Positions 37,109-39,097 of a DNA stretch of 39,097 nucleotides are shown here, in pieces; position 1 is the first letter of the stretch, and each line of letters begins with the position of its first letter. Source of the stretch: a virus (lineage: Duplodnaviria; Heunggongvirae; Uroviricota; Caudoviricetes); the IMG/VR virus record IMGVR_UViG_2609460219_000010, positions 1 through 39,097 of that record; one strand, given 5' to 3'. Under the pieces are notes generated by a model that was not told where the DNA came from, ran no database searches, and saw nothing but the letters and a program-made list of their open reading frames with translations. Both the position numbers and the translations under genes were made by a program.

Positions 37109-37537
37109 ATGAAATTAGACCAGCAATATCTAAAAGATCTACTTATCGCATTCGAAAAAACTCGTGGCCCTGACACGATGCTTAGTGAACTAGAGGATAA
37201 TGGCTTTAATAGATATGACCAAGATTTTATTTTCCATATGCGATTATTATGTGACTACGAATTAATAGTCAGGGTTGATGGAAAACCTGGATTCGGTCAT
37301 ATAATGTCCAAAGCGTTAGGGGAAGGTGTTGGATATAGTTGGATCGAAGTACCACTGAGGTTGACAGCAAGAGGGCATGATTTTATTGCTGACTTACGTC
37401 AAAAGGATGTCTGGCAAGCTATAAAAACAAACTTTAAGGATGAGGGAATTAGTACACTTATGAGTGTTTCAAAATCACTAGCAAAAGGCTTTGCAAGGAA
37501 AAAGATAAAAGATATTACAGGAATAGATATTGAATAA
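37109..37537 (+). CDS. hypothetical protein, AT-rich moron upstream of xis
   Basis: 142 aa, strongly AT-rich, GGAGG RBS, own hairpin terminator. Confidence 0.55.
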   Translation: MKLDQQYLKDLLIAFEKTRGPDTMLSELEDNGFNRYDQDFIFHMRLLCDYELIVRVDGKPGFGHIMSKALGEGVGYSWIEVPLRLTARGHDFIADLRQKDVWQAIKTNFKDEGISTLMSVSKSLAKGFARKKIKDITGIDIE

Positions 37538-37582
37538 TTCTTAGCATCAAGCAACTACTGCCTTTGGTGGAAATTATATCTG

Positions 37583-37608
37583 AACTCGCTACGGCGAGTT
37601 TTGTTTTA
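37583..37608 (+). terminator. intrinsic terminator
   Basis: AACTCGC-TACG-GCGAGTT hairpin followed by TTGTTTTA. Confidence 0.45.
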
Positions 37609-37620
37609 TGGAGATGATAA

Positions 37621-37788
37621 ATGCACTTCCGAGTCACAGGTGAATGGAATGGAGAGCCATTCAACAGGGTTATCGAAGCAGAGAACATCAACGACTGCTA
37701 TAACCACTGGATGATATGGGCGCAGATAGCGCATGCAGACGTAACCAATATTCGAATTGAAGAACTGAAAGAACACCAAGCCGCCTGA
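37621..37788 (+). CDS. small ORF upstream of xis (55 aa)
   Basis: Below ORF-track cutoff; GGAG RBS; stop lies inside the next terminator hairpin. Confidence 0.35.
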   Translation: MHFRVTGEWNGEPFNRVIEAENINDCYNHWMIWAQIAHADVTNIRIEELKEHQAA

Positions 37789-37800
37789 TGGCGGTTTTTT
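37780..37800 (+). terminator. intrinsic terminator upstream of xis
   Basis: CCGCC-TGAT-GGCGG hairpin followed by T6. Confidence 0.45.
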
Positions 37801-37827
37801 CTTGCGTGTAATTGCGGAGACTTTGCG

Positions 37828-38046
37828 ATGTACTTGACACTTCAGGAGTGGAACGCACGCCAGCGACGCCCAAGAAGCCTTGAAACAGTTCGTCGATGGG
37901 TTCGCGAATGCAGGATATTCCCACCTCCGGTTAAGGATGGAAGAGAGTATCTGTTCCACGAATCAGCGGTAAAGGTTGACTTAAATCGACCAGTAACAGG
38001 TAGCCTTTTGAAGAGGATCAGAAATGGGAAGAAGGCGAAGTCATGA
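37828..38046 (+). CDS. xis: excisionase Xis
   Basis: 72 aa, matches recollection of lambda Xis essentially throughout. Confidence 0.9.
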   Translation: MYLTLQEWNARQRRPRSLETVRRWVRECRIFPPPVKDGREYLFHESAVKVDLNRPVTGSLLKRIRNGKKAKS

Positions 38047-39097
38047 GCGCCGGGATTTACCCCCTAACCTTTATATAAGAAACAATGGATATTACTGCTA
38101 CAGGGACCCAAGGACGGGTAAAGAGTTTGGATTAGGCCGAGACAGGAGGATAGCAATCACTGAAGCAATACAGGCCAATATTGAGTTACTCTCAGACAGC
38201 GGACGCAAATCACTGATAGACAGAATTAAAGGCGGTGACGCAATCACTCTTCATGTGTGGCTTGACCGATATGAAAGAATCCTCACCGAAAGGGGGATCA
38301 GGCCGAAAACTCTACTCGACTACGCCAGCAAAATCANGGCAATCCGAAGAAAATTGCCGGACAAACCGCTCACTGACATATCAACGAAAGAAGTGGCAGC
38401 AATGCTAAACACCTACGTAGCAGAAGGTAAAGCAGCTTCCGCAAAATTAATCAGGTCAACCCTTGTTGACGTTTTTCGTGAAGCAATAGCCGAGGGGCAT
38501 GTGGCAACGAATCCGGTAACAGCAACCCGTACAGCAAAGTCAGAAGTAAGGCGCTCAAGGCTGACAGCTAATGAGTATGTCGAGATTTACCATGCAGCCG
38601 AACCTCTCCCTATCTGGCTAAGGCTGGCGATGGATTTGGCCGTCGTTACAGGGCAGAGAGTCGGCGATTTGTGCAGAATGAAATGGTCAGACATAAACGA
38701 CAACCATCTTCACATTGAACAGAGTAAAACAGGGGCTAAACTCGCCATTCCGCTAACGCTAACGATTGACGCGCTCAATATCTCATTGGCTGATACACTA
38801 CAGAAATGCAGGGAGGCCAGCAGCAGTGAAACTATAATCGCATCAAAGCATCACGATCCTCTTTCCCCGAAAACAGTATCAAAGTATTTTACAAAGGCGA
38901 GAAATGCATCTGGACTCTCATTTGATGGAAACCCGCCAACATTCCATGAACTGCGTAGCCTGTCAGCGAGGCTATACCGGAACCAGATTGGCGATAAATT
39001 TGCTCAACGTCTTCTCGGGCATAAATCAGATTCAATGGCGGCGCGGTATAGGGACAGCCGTGGACGGGAATGGGACAAAATTGAAATCGACAAATGA
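38024..39097 (+). CDS. int: tyrosine integrase (lambda Int family)
   Basis: N-terminal ~55 aa and C-terminal catalytic segment (..HELRSLSARLY.., ..GREWDKIEI) match lambda Int; central core-binding region diverged; overlaps xis as in lambda. Confidence 0.95.
   Translation: MGRRRSHERRDLPPNLYIRNNGYYCYRDPRTGKEFGLGRDRRIAITEAIQANIELLSDSGRKSLIDRIKGGDAITLHVWLDRYERILTERGIRPKTLLDYASKIXAIRRKLPDKPLTDISTKEVAAMLNTYVAEGKAASAKLIRSTLVDVFREAIAEGHVATNPVTATRTAKSEVRRSRLTANEYVEIYHAAEPLPIWLRLAMDLAVVTGQRVGDLCRMKWSDINDNHLHIEQSKTGAKLAIPLTLTIDALNISLADTLQKCREASSSETIIASKHHDPLSPKTVSKYFTKARNASGLSFDGNPPTFHELRSLSARLYRNQIGDKFAQRLLGHKSDSMAARYRDSRGREWDKIEIDK

Noticed and set aside
37606-37959. 117-aa minus-strand ORF across the small ORF and xis
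   Set aside because: Antisense to xis, which is confidently identified on the plus strand.
1-39097. CRISPR array
   Set aside because: No regularly spaced direct repeats with unique spacers found; the only regular repeats are the O-gene iterons.

Overview
The window is an almost complete, mosaic lambdoid prophage read in reverse orientation: tail fibre at the left edge, integrase stop at the right edge (39097), so both att sites lie outside. Calls are from manual reading, motif recognition and recall of phage lambda proteins; no database search was run. From right to left: lambda-type int/xis; a b-region with small lambda-like ORFs and two AT-rich cargo genes with their own terminators; lambda exo-bet-gam; a non-lambda immunity region (cI S24 repressor, cro, candidate PR/PRM/PL and operator repeats); a hybrid O gene with internal iterons plus lambda P, ren and nin genes including a Dam-type methyltransferase; a Q-like antiterminator, two tRNA-like genes and a phage-21-type lysis cassette; then terminase, portal, capsid and a contractile-tail (myovirus-type) module with a -1 frameshift in the tail chaperone. 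Candidate novel accessory systems: (1) a single AT-rich, frameshifted ORF in the rex slot after cI (30975-31839); (2) a two-gene cassette with an HEPN-like Rx6H motif inside the baseplate cluster (4524-5683); (3) an oppositely oriented AT-rich gene between lysis and terminase (21439-22017); (4) two b-region morons (35867-36481, 37109-37537). The sequence has 17 single N positions; two sit beside homopolymers where reading frames become ambiguous.
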